Shown here piece after piece: positions 27,584 through 37,042 of a stretch of DNA of 64,000 nucleotides. Position 1 is the stretch's first letter. Each line of letters opens with the position of its first letter. The notes below the pieces were generated by a model. It saw nothing but the letters and a program-made list of their open reading frames with translations, was not told the origin of the DNA and did not search any database. This DNA comes from an uncultured Staphylococcaceae bacterium (GTDB lineage: Bacteria; Bacillota_I; Bacilli_A; RFN20; CAG-826). A program made the position numbers and the translations under genes. Location of the stretch: assembly GCA_964504595.1 (NCBI GenBank), contig CAZDEE010000002.1, positions 49,839 to 113,838 on the forward strand. The letters are read 5' to 3'.

Positions 27584-28774
27584 ATGCCGGAGGAAAAAAT
27601 TAATCTTAAAGTTGCACAATTTTGTGATAACTATTTTCCACAAGTCGATGGAGTGGTTAAGGTTGTTCATAATTATGCAAAGATTATGTCTTGCCGTGGA
27701 AATATTAAATTAGTTGTACCACGTTATTCTAAGAAATATTATTTTGATGACTCTCAATTACCATACACATTGAATAGAAAGAAAACTTTTTGTATTGATG
27801 TTGGAGGGGTGACTACACCTCTTCCTTTACCAACCCCAAAACTTACAAAAGAATTGAAAGATTTTAATCCAAGTATAATTCATGTTCATGCGCCAGCATT
27901 TATTGGTAAATATGCATTAAGAATTGGGAAGAGATATAAAATACCTGTAGTTGCGACATTTCACAGTCAATATAAAAAGGATATTATGTCCGCTACTCAC
28001 AGCAGATTGATAACCTATATTGCAATGAAAATAATAATGAATTTTTATAATAATTGCGATGAAGTCTGGGCTCCATCAAAGAGTTCTGCTGCTGTTTTAA
28101 AATCATATGGATATAAGAAAGATGTTCATGTCATGCCAAATGGAACTGATTTTGTTTATCCTAGTAATGAAGAAGAATTGATTTCATTAGCGAGAACTAC
28201 GTATGGAATTAATAAAGATCATAAGAATTTATTATATGTAGGTCAATTGAGATTTGTTAAGAATTTAAAATTATGTTTGAAAACAATGCGTTTATTAATT
28301 GAAGAAGATCCTTCATATCATTTTTATTTAGTTGGAGAAGGAATGGATGGAAAAGCATTAAAATCATATGCGAAGAAATATAATTTAATGGCCAATGTCC
28401 ATTTTTTAGGCGCAATAAAGGATATATCGGTATTATCAGGTGTTTATGGTGCTATGGATTTATTATTTTTTCCATCAACCTATGATACATTTTCAATTGT
28501 TGTTAGAGAAGCTAGTGTAATGAGATTACCAAGCTTAGTTACCGAAGGATCTAATGTTGCAGAACCATTTATTGATGGTGTAAATGGATTTTTAGCTAAG
28601 GAAAATCCTGAATCTATGAAAATGCGAATTACAGAAATTTTTAAAGATGATGAAAATAGAAAACAAGTTGGTATAAATGCTTCAGAAACTATTCCAATTA
28701 CATTTGAAAAAATGGTGGATTTAACTTTAGAACGTTATCAATATATTGTTGATAATTATAAAAAAAGAAAGTGA
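27584..28774 (+). CDS. GT4-family glycosyltransferase (diacylglycerol glycosyltransferase-like)
   Basis: N-terminal F.D.Y.PQ.DGV and a C-terminal GT-B half with an E-x7-E-like motif (REASVMRLPSLVTE). ATG at 27584. Confidence 0.75.
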   Translation: MPEEKINLKVAQFCDNYFPQVDGVVKVVHNYAKIMSCRGNIKLVVPRYSKKYYFDDSQLPYTLNRKKTFCIDVGGVTTPLPLPTPKLTKELKDFNPSIIHVHAPAFIGKYALRIGKRYKIPVVATFHSQYKKDIMSATHSRLITYIAMKIIMNFYNNCDEVWAPSKSSAAVLKSYGYKKDVHVMPNGTDFVYPSNEEELISLARTTYGINKDHKNLLYVGQLRFVKNLKLCLKTMRLLIEEDPSYHFYLVGEGMDGKALKSYAKKYNLMANVHFLGAIKDISVLSGVYGAMDLLFFPSTYDTFSIVVREASVMRLPSLVTEGSNVAEPFIDGVNGFLAKENPESMKMRITEIFKDDENRKQVGINASETIPITFEKMVDLTLERYQYIVDNYKKRK

Positions 28775-28813
28775 TTTATTGGTGTGAACTTTTGAAAAGA
28801 AAGAAGGAATAAA

Positions 28814-31471
28814 ATGGAGAATACTCAGTATGCGTTTAATTCTAGAATTGTAAAACCGAATAAGAAAAAAAGTAAAAAGAATTTATTATTTAACTTATTC
28901 ATGCTTGTTTTTAATATTATCGTTATTGCATATGTTGCTTATTCATCTTTTTATAACAAAGATGGAAATGTTATCGATCAAAGTACAGAAGTTTTTAGAT
29001 TATGGAAAAATAATTATCAATATTTGATTTTAGCATTAGCTTGTCCTTTTGTTGCCGTTTTTGCAGAAGCAAGTAAATTTACTTTATTAACGCGACATAA
29101 AACTGGTGTATGGAATTTCCGATTAGGTTTAAGAACTACAATAATGGGAAAGTATTATGATAATGTGACTCCGTTAAGTAGTGGAGGACAACCATTTCAA
29201 ATTTATTATTTGAATAAAGATGGAGTTCCTTTAGGAGTTGCTACTTCCTTTCCATTTATTTCATTTTTCTTAAATCAATTGGCATTAGTGGTTATTTCTA
29301 TTGCCATTATGATTTATTTGAAGTTTGCTCAATTAGGAAGTGTTAATGCTACATTTAACACGATTAAAGCGATTGCCTATATTGGATTAGTTTTTTCTTT
29401 TATTGTTCCTGCTTCGATTATTTTAGTCTCATTATGGCCAAATTTAACAAATAAAATTGCGGGATTTATTGTTAAAATAATGGGCAAAATCAAATTCATA
29501 CGACATAAAGAAAGACACGCCAATACATTATATAAAACGTTAGATGACTATCAAGAAGCGATGTCTCAATATAAAAGCAAACAATCGATTGCAATATTGA
29601 TTGTTTGTTGGATTTTATCATTCATATATAAAATTGCGTTAATGTCTGCACCATATTTTGTTATTAGAGCGTGTGGCATTACTCCTAATTTCTTTGAAAT
29701 ATTCTCATTAACAGTACTTATTACTATTTCTGTTGCAATTATTCCTACTCCAGGTAATTCTGGAGCGGCCGAATTATCATTCCAAGCGATATTTAATACA
29801 GCTTTATTAAGTGCCGGATTAGGTGCCGCATTTACATTTTGGAATATGCTTTTCTGGAGATTTTCTGGTTATTACATGTTTATAATTCTTGGAATTATAG
29901 AAATAATTATTTTGGGAGTTAAACGGAAAAGAAATAAGGCTTATGTTCCGGTGCCTGTGACCGCAGATTTATATCGAGTTAGGGTAAAAGGAATTAGATT
30001 TATCCATCATGATTGTTCATCAACTTTGTTAGAAGTTAAAGATGATGAGGTTAAAGTCTTTTTAGCGGATGTTATTGCCTCGCATGAAATTTCACCTCGT
30101 AATCCAATGAAATTAGATGTAGGACAAGACTTTTCTTGTTTAACTGATAATTCATATATCTTTATATCTAAAGACTGTATAAAGAGAATAATTAAGAATT
30201 TAGATGATACCAAATTATATGGTTTAACATTTGTTGTCGATAAGAATGATAAACTTGGAGAAGTTATGACAATTGATACCGGAAAAGAAAAATCTCCTTT
30301 AGATTTTGAAGATACGGTTGTATCGACTGTTCAATTTGTTGATTATTATTATCCTTTGAAAGGTTATACTGCAAGTTGTGTTGAGAAGACTGCAATTGCC
30401 TTAAATGATTTAAAATATCCAACTCGTGTATATATTCCAAAGTTTAAAAGAAAAGTGGGAAGATATGAAGCTAATTATCCTATTGTTAGAACACCTGCAC
30501 TTCACTTTTTCTTCACCGATTATGCTGTAGCGGTGCCAAAGTATAACATTCATTTAAAATATACTTTAGAACCAATGTCGGTATTGGTTTATCATGCGCA
30601 TACTCCATTTATGATGGGAAGATACGCTTTGAAAATGTCTCGTCGTTATGATGTTCCTCTTGTTGGGAGCTTTAGACATGAATATTATCATGGTTTAAAA
30701 AAGCCTTTAAAAAACAGAGTTCTTGCTCGTATCATGGATAAATATGGTATAGGCTTTTATAAAAGATGTGATGCTGTTTTTGTTCCAAGTAAAGAAAGTG
30801 GAGAATTATTAAAATCACGTGGCTATCGTGGCGATTATATGATTGTTAATGATCCTTATGAAAAACTATCGGATAAGGAAATTAAAATATCTCGAGGAGA
30901 AGCTCGTGATGAATTACGAATTGAGCGCAATAGATTAATTATTTCTTATATTGTGAATAACAAAGAAGAAAAAGAACAAGTTTCTAATTTAGTTAGTGAA
31001 TTACGTAAATTTAAACATATATCAATAACTATTCTTATTTATGGTTATTCATTTATTGAAAGAGGATTTATAAAACCAAACAAGCGTACAAAAGGGGTAA
31101 AGGTTGTTTTATTACCACATAGTACTGATGTTCATAAGATGATTTCAGCCAGTAATGTTCTTGTTTTACCTCGTTCTCGTAAAGGAGCATTACCATATGA
31201 AAGAATGGCGGCAACGCATAAAATTCCAACCGTTATGAGAGATTTTGAAAGTGATGATTATGTTGTTGATCAAAACTGTTATTTATTTAGTGATGATATT
31301 CAAGAGTTGGCTAAAACAATTTACGATACATTTGAAAATAAAGAGAAACGATTACAAATTGGAAATAATGCTTACGAAACATTGACTTTCACCAAGGAAG
31401 AAGTAGGTAAAGAATTAGAAAAAGCATATCGTACGGTAATCCGTCGATATTATGAGACAACAAGAAAATGA
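28814..31471 (+). CDS. Fusion protein: flippase-like/LPG-synthase-TM (UPF0104) polytopic domain, linker domain, and GT4-like glycosyltransferase domain
   Basis: About 8 predicted TM helices with the PLSSGGQPFQIYYL and PTPGNSGAAE motifs typical of UPF0104. The C-terminal half is paralogous to the preceding GT4 (VQFVDYYYPLKGY..., YHAHTPFMMGRYALKMSRRYDVPLVGSFRHEYY). Confidence 0.7.
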   Translation: MENTQYAFNSRIVKPNKKKSKKNLLFNLFMLVFNIIVIAYVAYSSFYNKDGNVIDQSTEVFRLWKNNYQYLILALACPFVAVFAEASKFTLLTRHKTGVWNFRLGLRTTIMGKYYDNVTPLSSGGQPFQIYYLNKDGVPLGVATSFPFISFFLNQLALVVISIAIMIYLKFAQLGSVNATFNTIKAIAYIGLVFSFIVPASIILVSLWPNLTNKIAGFIVKIMGKIKFIRHKERHANTLYKTLDDYQEAMSQYKSKQSIAILIVCWILSFIYKIALMSAPYFVIRACGITPNFFEIFSLTVLITISVAIIPTPGNSGAAELSFQAIFNTALLSAGLGAAFTFWNMLFWRFSGYYMFIILGIIEIIILGVKRKRNKAYVPVPVTADLYRVRVKGIRFIHHDCSSTLLEVKDDEVKVFLADVIASHEISPRNPMKLDVGQDFSCLTDNSYIFISKDCIKRIIKNLDDTKLYGLTFVVDKNDKLGEVMTIDTGKEKSPLDFEDTVVSTVQFVDYYYPLKGYTASCVEKTAIALNDLKYPTRVYIPKFKRKVGRYEANYPIVRTPALHFFFTDYAVAVPKYNIHLKYTLEPMSVLVYHAHTPFMMGRYALKMSRRYDVPLVGSFRHEYYHGLKKPLKNRVLARIMDKYGIGFYKRCDAVFVPSKESGELLKSRGYRGDYMIVNDPYEKLSDKEIKISRGEARDELRIERNRLIISYIVNNKEEKEQVSNLVSELRKFKHISITILIYGYSFIERGFIKPNKRTKGVKVVLLPHSTDVHKMISASNVLVLPRSRKGALPYERMAATHKIPTVMRDFESDDYVVDQNCYLFSDDIQELAKTIYDTFENKEKRLQIGNNAYETLTFTKEEVGKELEKAYRTVIRRYYETTRK

Positions 31472-32694
31472 AAAAGAATAGAATAAAAAAGAAATTTAAA
31501 AATTTCTTAGTAATTGTTTTCTTTACAATTTTAAAACCTTGGGTATATCTTTATGTAACTATTTTCCAACATGTAAGGTTTAAAAGAAATGGATTTAAAG
31601 TCCCTAAAGGTCCTGTATTATTTTTATCAAATCACCTATCAAACTGGGATGGTATATATTTAAATTGCATGTTTATGTTTAGGGTGATCCATTTTATAGT
31701 CCATGAAGAATTATATAAAAATAAGTTTTTATCTTTTATGTGTAATAATTTTCTTGGAACAATTCGAAGAGGAATGAATGAAAGAGATATTTCGGATGTT
31801 CTTAAATTTAAAGAACTTGCAAGAGATGGAAAAAATATTGGTCTTTATCCAGAGGGAGATATAGATATGTTTGGTAGAACCCTTCCTATTGCTCCTAGTA
31901 TTGCTAAATTAGTTAAAATGCTTAAATTACCAGTGGTTGTTTTGCGTGTTGAAGGTGCGGTTATTAGAACCTCAAGATGGGCTAAATATGCAAGACATTC
32001 ACATATAACTTATTCAATTAAAGATGTTATTTCTTTAGAAGAAATACAAAATATTAATACTGATGAACTTTATCAAAGAATTATAAATAATATCAGTGCG
32101 AACGATTATGAATATGTTGAAAAAATGAAATATAAGCAATGGCGGGGAAAAGACCGGGCAATGTGGCTTGAATTAGGTTTATTCTGGTGTCCTAAATGTG
32201 GTAAATTTGAAGTTTTATCATCAAAAAAAGATAAAGTTTTTTGTACAAATTGTGATTTTGTTGCTAAATATAATCGCTATGGATTCTTGGAAGAAGTTAA
32301 TTATCCTATTCCAAATAAAGATTTATCATTATGGGATGATATTCAAATAAAAGTATTACATGATTATATTGATAATAGTGAAAGTGATTTACTATTTGAG
32401 GCTCATGACTTAGATTTTTATAAAGTTAAGCAAATTGAATATTTTAGAAAACCAATTTGTAAAGGAACATTAAGAATTTATAAAGATAGGATTGGCTTAT
32501 TATTAGATAATAGTGAAGAAGAACAGTATATATATATAAAAGATATGGTTAAGATTTATCTTCAACATAAGGATGTTTTTGAAATTCATTATGGAGAAGA
32601 TCGAATTCGTTTCTGTACAAAGAGAAGAAAATGGTCCGCATATTTATATATACAAGCTGTAAAATATTTAAAAGGTAAAGTTGAAAAAAAATAA
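31468..32694 (+). CDS. PlsC-type acyltransferase with C-terminal zinc-ribbon and beta-rich domain
   Basis: N-terminal TM segment. H-x4-D (NHLSNWD) and PEG (YPEGD) motifs. CPKCG...CTNCD zinc ribbon. ATGA overlap with the previous gene. Confidence 0.7.
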   Translation: MKKNRIKKKFKNFLVIVFFTILKPWVYLYVTIFQHVRFKRNGFKVPKGPVLFLSNHLSNWDGIYLNCMFMFRVIHFIVHEELYKNKFLSFMCNNFLGTIRRGMNERDISDVLKFKELARDGKNIGLYPEGDIDMFGRTLPIAPSIAKLVKMLKLPVVVLRVEGAVIRTSRWAKYARHSHITYSIKDVISLEEIQNINTDELYQRIINNISANDYEYVEKMKYKQWRGKDRAMWLELGLFWCPKCGKFEVLSSKKDKVFCTNCDFVAKYNRYGFLEEVNYPIPNKDLSLWDDIQIKVLHDYIDNSESDLLFEAHDLDFYKVKQIEYFRKPICKGTLRIYKDRIGLLLDNSEEEQYIYIKDMVKIYLQHKDVFEIHYGEDRIRFCTKRRKWSAYLYIQAVKYLKGKVEKK

Positions 32695-32739
32695 AATTAT
32701 CTTATACTTATATAAGATATAGAAGGAAGGAATAGAAGT

Positions 32740-33309
32740 ATGGATGGTATTTTAGTAGAAACAAGTGCAAGACATGTTCATGTCACACAAGAAACATTAG
32801 AAATTTTATTTGGAGAAGGTTATCAATTAGAGGTAAAGAAGATGTTGTCTCAACCAGGACAATTTGCCTCAACCGCAAAGATAAAAGTAGTTGGTTCAAA
32901 AGGTGAATTAACAGCTTCAATTTTAGGACCAGTTAGAAAAGCGAATCAAGTTGAAGTATCTTTAACTGATGCTCGTTCTGTTGGTTTAGTAGCGGCAATT
33001 CGTGAATCTGGAGATATTGAAGGTACTCAAGGTTGCAAATTAGTGGGACCATGTGGAGAAGTTGTTATTGATAAGGGAGTTATTGCGGCTAAAAGACATA
33101 TCCATATGACACCTGCTGATGCTTTAAATTATGGCGTTGAAGATAAAGAAATCGTTTCTGTTTTAGTTAATTCTAAAGAACGTTCAACTATTTTTGGAGA
33201 TGTTGTTATTCGCGTTAGTGAGAAATTTGCTTTAGCAATGCATATTGATACAGATGAAAGTAATGCTGCTGGTTTATCTGGCGAAGTATACGGAACTATT
33301 GTTAAATAA
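32740..33309 (+). CDS. pduL: Phosphate propanoyl/acetyltransferase PduL
   Basis: Duplicated SARHVH / AKRHIHM motifs characteristic of PduL. Confidence 0.85.
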   Translation: MDGILVETSARHVHVTQETLEILFGEGYQLEVKKMLSQPGQFASTAKIKVVGSKGELTASILGPVRKANQVEVSLTDARSVGLVAAIRESGDIEGTQGCKLVGPCGEVVIDKGVIAAKRHIHMTPADALNYGVEDKEIVSVLVNSKERSTIFGDVVIRVSEKFALAMHIDTDESNAAGLSGEVYGTIVK

Positions 33310-33569
33310 TGAATACATATATTTATAACACATCAGGTACATGCTCTAAGCAAATGAAAATCACATATGAAAATGATGTGATACAAAATGTTGAAATCAT
33401 TGGAGGTTGTAATGGAAATTTACAAGGTATATCTTCTTTAGTTAAAGGAATGAAATTTTCTGATGTTATTGAAAGATTAGAAGGTATACGTTGTGGATTT
33501 AGACCAACATCATGTCCTGATCAATTAGCTAAAGCGATTAAAGAAATCCAAATAAAAGAACAAAAGTAA
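33309..33569 (+). CDS. TSCPD-domain small protein (TIGR03905-like)
   Basis: C..GC.GN..G...L..G and RPTSCPDQLA motifs. TAATG coupling to pduL. Confidence 0.7.
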   Translation: MNTYIYNTSGTCSKQMKITYENDVIQNVEIIGGCNGNLQGISSLVKGMKFSDVIERLEGIRCGFRPTSCPDQLAKAIKEIQIKEQK

Positions 33570-33634
33570 TTAAAATAATAAATCATAGTATAAATTAAAT
33601 AATCTTGTTCATACTTTTAAATAAGGTGATCAAG

Positions 33635-33841
33635 ATGAAAACAAAGAAAAAAAGAGAACAATTTTTAATGGCGGATGTGCTATTTGAAATGGGAATGGAT
33701 TTTGATGTCATTGAAAAAGTTTCAGGTGTAACTCCTCAAGAATTATTGTTAAACAAAATTAATATTCTTGACTTTGATCAAGATAGAGATGATAATATAG
33801 ATGATTCTCATCAAGAATCGCGTCATACAAGGAAAGAATAA
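33635..33841 (+). CDS. Small hypothetical protein (68 aa) with an acidic tail
   Basis: GGTGA RBS 5 nt before the ATG at 33635. The N-terminal part looks like a small HTH-like module (MGMDFDVIEKVSGVTPQEL). The 3' third overlaps the metK promoter and riboswitch, so the coding status of the tail is uncertain. Confidence 0.4.
   Translation: MKTKKKREQFLMADVLFEMGMDFDVIEKVSGVTPQELLLNKINILDFDQDRDDNIDDSHQESRHTRKE
33768..33796 (+). promoter_or_regulatory. Sigma-A-type promoter of the metK leader
   Basis: TTGACT (33768-33773), 17 nt, GATAAT (33791-33796). The riboswitch P1 starts 8 nt downstream. Confidence 0.7.
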
Positions 33842-33958
33842 ACGTGATAGCAACCTTGAATTTATAATTCAGCTGGTGCTTTTCCTTAGCGGAGCCCACT
33901 CCGAGCGATGAGAATTAGGGTGATTTATTAATACCTTCCTAAGTGGGAAGGTTTTTTT
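33804..33958 (+). promoter_or_regulatory. SAM-I (S-box)-like riboswitch with atypical P2, plus terminator
   Basis: P1 ATTCTCATC (33804-12) pairs with GATGAGAAT (33907-15). J1/2 is AAGAA. P2 is ATCGCGT/ACGTGAT. Conserved GCAACC (33850-55) and GGTGC (33875-79) flank P3 TTGAATT/AATTCAG. P4 is CGGAG/CTCCG. Terminator CCTTCC-taagtg-GGAAGG plus T7 (33934-58). Directly upstream of metK. Confidence 0.7.
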
Positions 33959-33983
33959 ATGATAATGGGAGGAGTATAAAGTT

Positions 33984-35150
33984 ATGGAAAAAATATTATT
34001 TACAAGTGAATCAGTCTCAGAGGGCCATCCAGATAAAGTTTGTGATCAAATAAGTGATGCAATTTTAGATGCATGCTTATTATTAGATCCAAAAGCGAGG
34101 GTAGCATGTGAATGTTTTATATCAACTGAATATTTAGTTATTGGTGGCGAAATTACAACAAGTAAAGCTCCAGATTATGAAGCAATCGCAAGAAGTGTTT
34201 TAAGAAAAATTGGATATGTTAGTCCTGAATTAGGTATCGGCGCGGATACTTGCAAAATTGATATTCAAATAAAAACTCAATCTCCTGATATTGCTATGGG
34301 TGTTGATCGTGGTGATATTGCTCTTCAAGGTGCAGGAGACCAAGGTATTATGTTTGGATATGCGAGTAATGAAAGTGAAGGTTATATGCCTTTAGCTATT
34401 GTTATTGCTCATAAATTAGTAAGAGTTGCTTCTATTCTTAGAAAGCAAGGTAACTTTAAAGGTGCACGTCCGGATATGAAATCACAAGTTACTATTGATT
34501 ATACAGATCCTAATAATATTCGTATTGATACTGTTTTAATGTCTATTCAACATGATGAAGATATTAATGAAAAAGAATTCAAATCATTTATTTATGAAAA
34601 TATTATGAAACCTGTTGTAGAATCATTTGGATTAAATAATGATTTTAAGTATTTAATTAACCCAACTGGACGTTTTGTTGTTGGTGGACCTAAAGGTGAT
34701 ACTGGTTTAACAGGTAGAAAGATTATCGTTGATACATATGGTGGAACCGCTAGACATGGCGGAGGCGCATTCTCTGGAAAAGATCCAAGTAAGGTCGATA
34801 GATCAGCGGCCTATATGGCGAGATATATCGCTAAGAATTTAGTTGCTTCTGGTGTTGCTGATCGCTTAGAAATTCAATTAAGTTACGCGATTGGAGTTGC
34901 GGAACCATTAAGTATCTCGGTAACAACATTTGGAACAGCACATTATGATGACGATACTATTTTATCTTTAATTCATAAAGTGTTCGATTGCCGTCCAGGG
35001 GCAATTATTAATAATTTTTCATTATTAAAACCTTCATTTAATTATGAAGATTTAGCAAGTTATGGACATTTTGGACGTCCAGATTTAGACTTACCTTGGG
35101 AAAAGTTAGATAAAGTTGATGAAATATTAGCAATTTTAAAGAATAATTAA
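33984..35150 (+). CDS. metK: S-adenosylmethionine synthase
   Basis: FTSESVSEGHPDKVCDQISDA, GAGDQG, GGGAFSGKD. Confidence 0.95.
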   Translation: MEKILFTSESVSEGHPDKVCDQISDAILDACLLLDPKARVACECFISTEYLVIGGEITTSKAPDYEAIARSVLRKIGYVSPELGIGADTCKIDIQIKTQSPDIAMGVDRGDIALQGAGDQGIMFGYASNESEGYMPLAIVIAHKLVRVASILRKQGNFKGARPDMKSQVTIDYTDPNNIRIDTVLMSIQHDEDINEKEFKSFIYENIMKPVVESFGLNNDFKYLINPTGRFVVGGPKGDTGLTGRKIIVDTYGGTARHGGGAFSGKDPSKVDRSAAYMARYIAKNLVASGVADRLEIQLSYAIGVAEPLSISVTTFGTAHYDDDTILSLIHKVFDCRPGAIINNFSLLKPSFNYEDLASYGHFGRPDLDLPWEKLDKVDEILAILKNN

Positions 35151-35155
35151 TTATA

Positions 35156-35180
35156 AAAAGCCGGCCTTTTGCCGGCTTTA
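35156..35180 (+). terminator. Terminator after metK
   Basis: GCCGGC-ctttt-GCCGGC followed by TTT. Confidence 0.7.
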
Positions 35181-35300
35181 ATTCCATTAATTATTATATC
35201 ATAAAGTATTTGACATAATAAGACTATTTTTTGCGAATTAAAAATGTAAAAATATATATGTAGGTAAGCTACACATTTCATTTTGGAAGGAGCAGATTAT

Positions 35301-35855
35301 ATGAAATATCAAATTATTGGAAAAAACATTGAAGTAACAAAAGGCATTAGTGATGCACTTATTAAAAAGTTATCAAAAATGGATAAGTATTTTTTAATTG
35401 AAGAAGATGTTGAATGTCGTGCAGTTGTTAGAACTTATAAAACTGGTGGGCAAAAAGTTGAAATTACCATTTTTACAAATATGATGACTTTCCGTGCCGA
35501 AGTTGTTGATGTTGATTTATATGCCGCGTTTGATTTAGCAATCGATAAATTAGAAGGACAAATGAGAAAGCTGAAGACAAGATTAGATCGCAAATCAAAT
35601 AAACATGGACTTGGAAAATCTATCGCGTTTGAAAATATTATTGCAGATGAAATCGAAGAAGAAAAAGATGAAGTTGTTAGAACAAAAGGATTTCATCTTG
35701 AACCAATGGATATTGAAGAAGCTATTACAAGAATGAACGCTTTAGGACATGACTTCTTTATGTATTTAGATGAAGAAGATAATATGATTTCAGTAGTGTA
35801 TGTTAGAAAAGATGGCGGTTATGGCGTTATTCAAGCGGAGAATAAATTAAAATAA
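35301..35855 (+). CDS. hpf: Ribosome hibernation promoting factor (long HPF/YvyD type)
   Basis: N-terminal sigma54-modulation/S30AE domain (I.GKN.EVT) and a C-terminal dimerisation domain (KGFHLEPMDIEEA...FF.Y). GGAAGGAG RBS. Confidence 0.88.
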   Translation: MKYQIIGKNIEVTKGISDALIKKLSKMDKYFLIEEDVECRAVVRTYKTGGQKVEITIFTNMMTFRAEVVDVDLYAAFDLAIDKLEGQMRKLKTRLDRKSNKHGLGKSIAFENIIADEIEEEKDEVVRTKGFHLEPMDIEEAITRMNALGHDFFMYLDEEDNMISVVYVRKDGGYGVIQAENKLK

Positions 35856-35863
35856 TTATCTTG

Positions 35864-35891
35864 AGCTAAGAGTAAAATCTTAGCTTTTTTT
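35864..35891 (+). terminator. Terminator after hpf
   Basis: AGCTAAG-8 nt-CTTAGCT followed by T7. Confidence 0.8.
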
Positions 35892-35939
35892 ATGTCTATT
35901 TTTCAGGCAAAAAGCGTTTATTTAAATAGGGTGAGAACA

Positions 35940-36890
35940 TTGAAAATATTTAAATTTGGTGGAAGTGCTTTACAAACAAAAACAATTAGAGAAAAAGTAA
36001 TAGACATTATTCAAAGAGAAAAAAATGAAAAAATATTGATTGTTGTAAGTGCAATGGGAAAAATGGGATTTCCCTATGCGACTGATACTTTATATAATTT
36101 AATCAATAAAGATATTGTTTCAAATAAAGAAGTCGCTAGATTGATTAGTTGTGGTGAGATAATTTCAAGTATTGTTTTGACAAATGAAATTAAAGAAAAA
36201 GGAATTAAAGCAGAGTCACTGTCTCCTTTAGAGTTGGGTATAAAAACTGAAGGGGATTATATTTCTGCGTCTATTAAAAATGTAGTTGTTGATTATATTA
36301 AAGAGGCAATTTTGGTAAATGATGTCGTTGTCGTTCCGGGATTTATTGGCACAAATGAAAAAGGTGAGATATGTACTTTTAAAAGAGGAGGAAGCGATTT
36401 AACCGCGGTTATTTTAGCAAAATATTTATTATTAAATGAAGTGTTTTTATTTAAAGATGTTGAAGGGATATATCCAACCTTTCCTAAAATATCTTCTAAA
36501 ACAAAAGTGTATAAATATTTGTCTTATCAAGAAATGCTATTATTAACTAAACTTGGATTTAAAGTGATTAATGATTCTGCGGTTAATGAAGCGATGGAAA
36601 ATAATATTAAAATAAACATCGTTGATTTTGGAAACAACTTAATAGGAACTGAAATCGGAGAAAATTCTGAATATAAAGAATGTATTGGATTTATGTGTGG
36701 AAATAATTATCTTTCTTTTGCGGCTTTTTTTCCTAATGAAATATTAGAAAAAATTAAGAATGAATTAAAATCATCGCATATATTTATTAAAGACTATTTT
36801 ATAAAAGATAACATTTTAACTATTTATGTAGCTTCTTCACAAATTCCGGTAATCAGAAAAAAAGTTAATGAATTATTTTTTTATAAATGA
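35940..36890 (+). CDS. Amino-acid-kinase family protein, aspartokinase-like (short)
   Basis: KFGGSAL, VVSAMG and GGSD motifs. TTG start at 35940 after AGGGTGAG. The longer ORF-track start would lie inside the hpf terminator. Confidence 0.6.
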   Translation: MKIFKFGGSALQTKTIREKVIDIIQREKNEKILIVVSAMGKMGFPYATDTLYNLINKDIVSNKEVARLISCGEIISSIVLTNEIKEKGIKAESLSPLELGIKTEGDYISASIKNVVVDYIKEAILVNDVVVVPGFIGTNEKGEICTFKRGGSDLTAVILAKYLLLNEVFLFKDVEGIYPTFPKISSKTKVYKYLSYQEMLLLTKLGFKVINDSAVNEAMENNIKINIVDFGNNLIGTEIGENSEYKECIGFMCGNNYLSFAAFFPNEILEKIKNELKSSHIFIKDYFIKDNILTIYVASSQIPVIRKKVNELFFYK

Positions 36891-37042
36891 TTATATGAAA
36901 ATGTGAAAAAACATTAAAAAATAGGTAAAAAACTACAATTATTCTTTTATTTTGCTCGATAAAATGTGTATAATATCCATATGAGGACTTGTTGATGTCC
37001 TTTTTTGAAAAAAAGATAAGATTTATAAAAGGAGAACAAACG

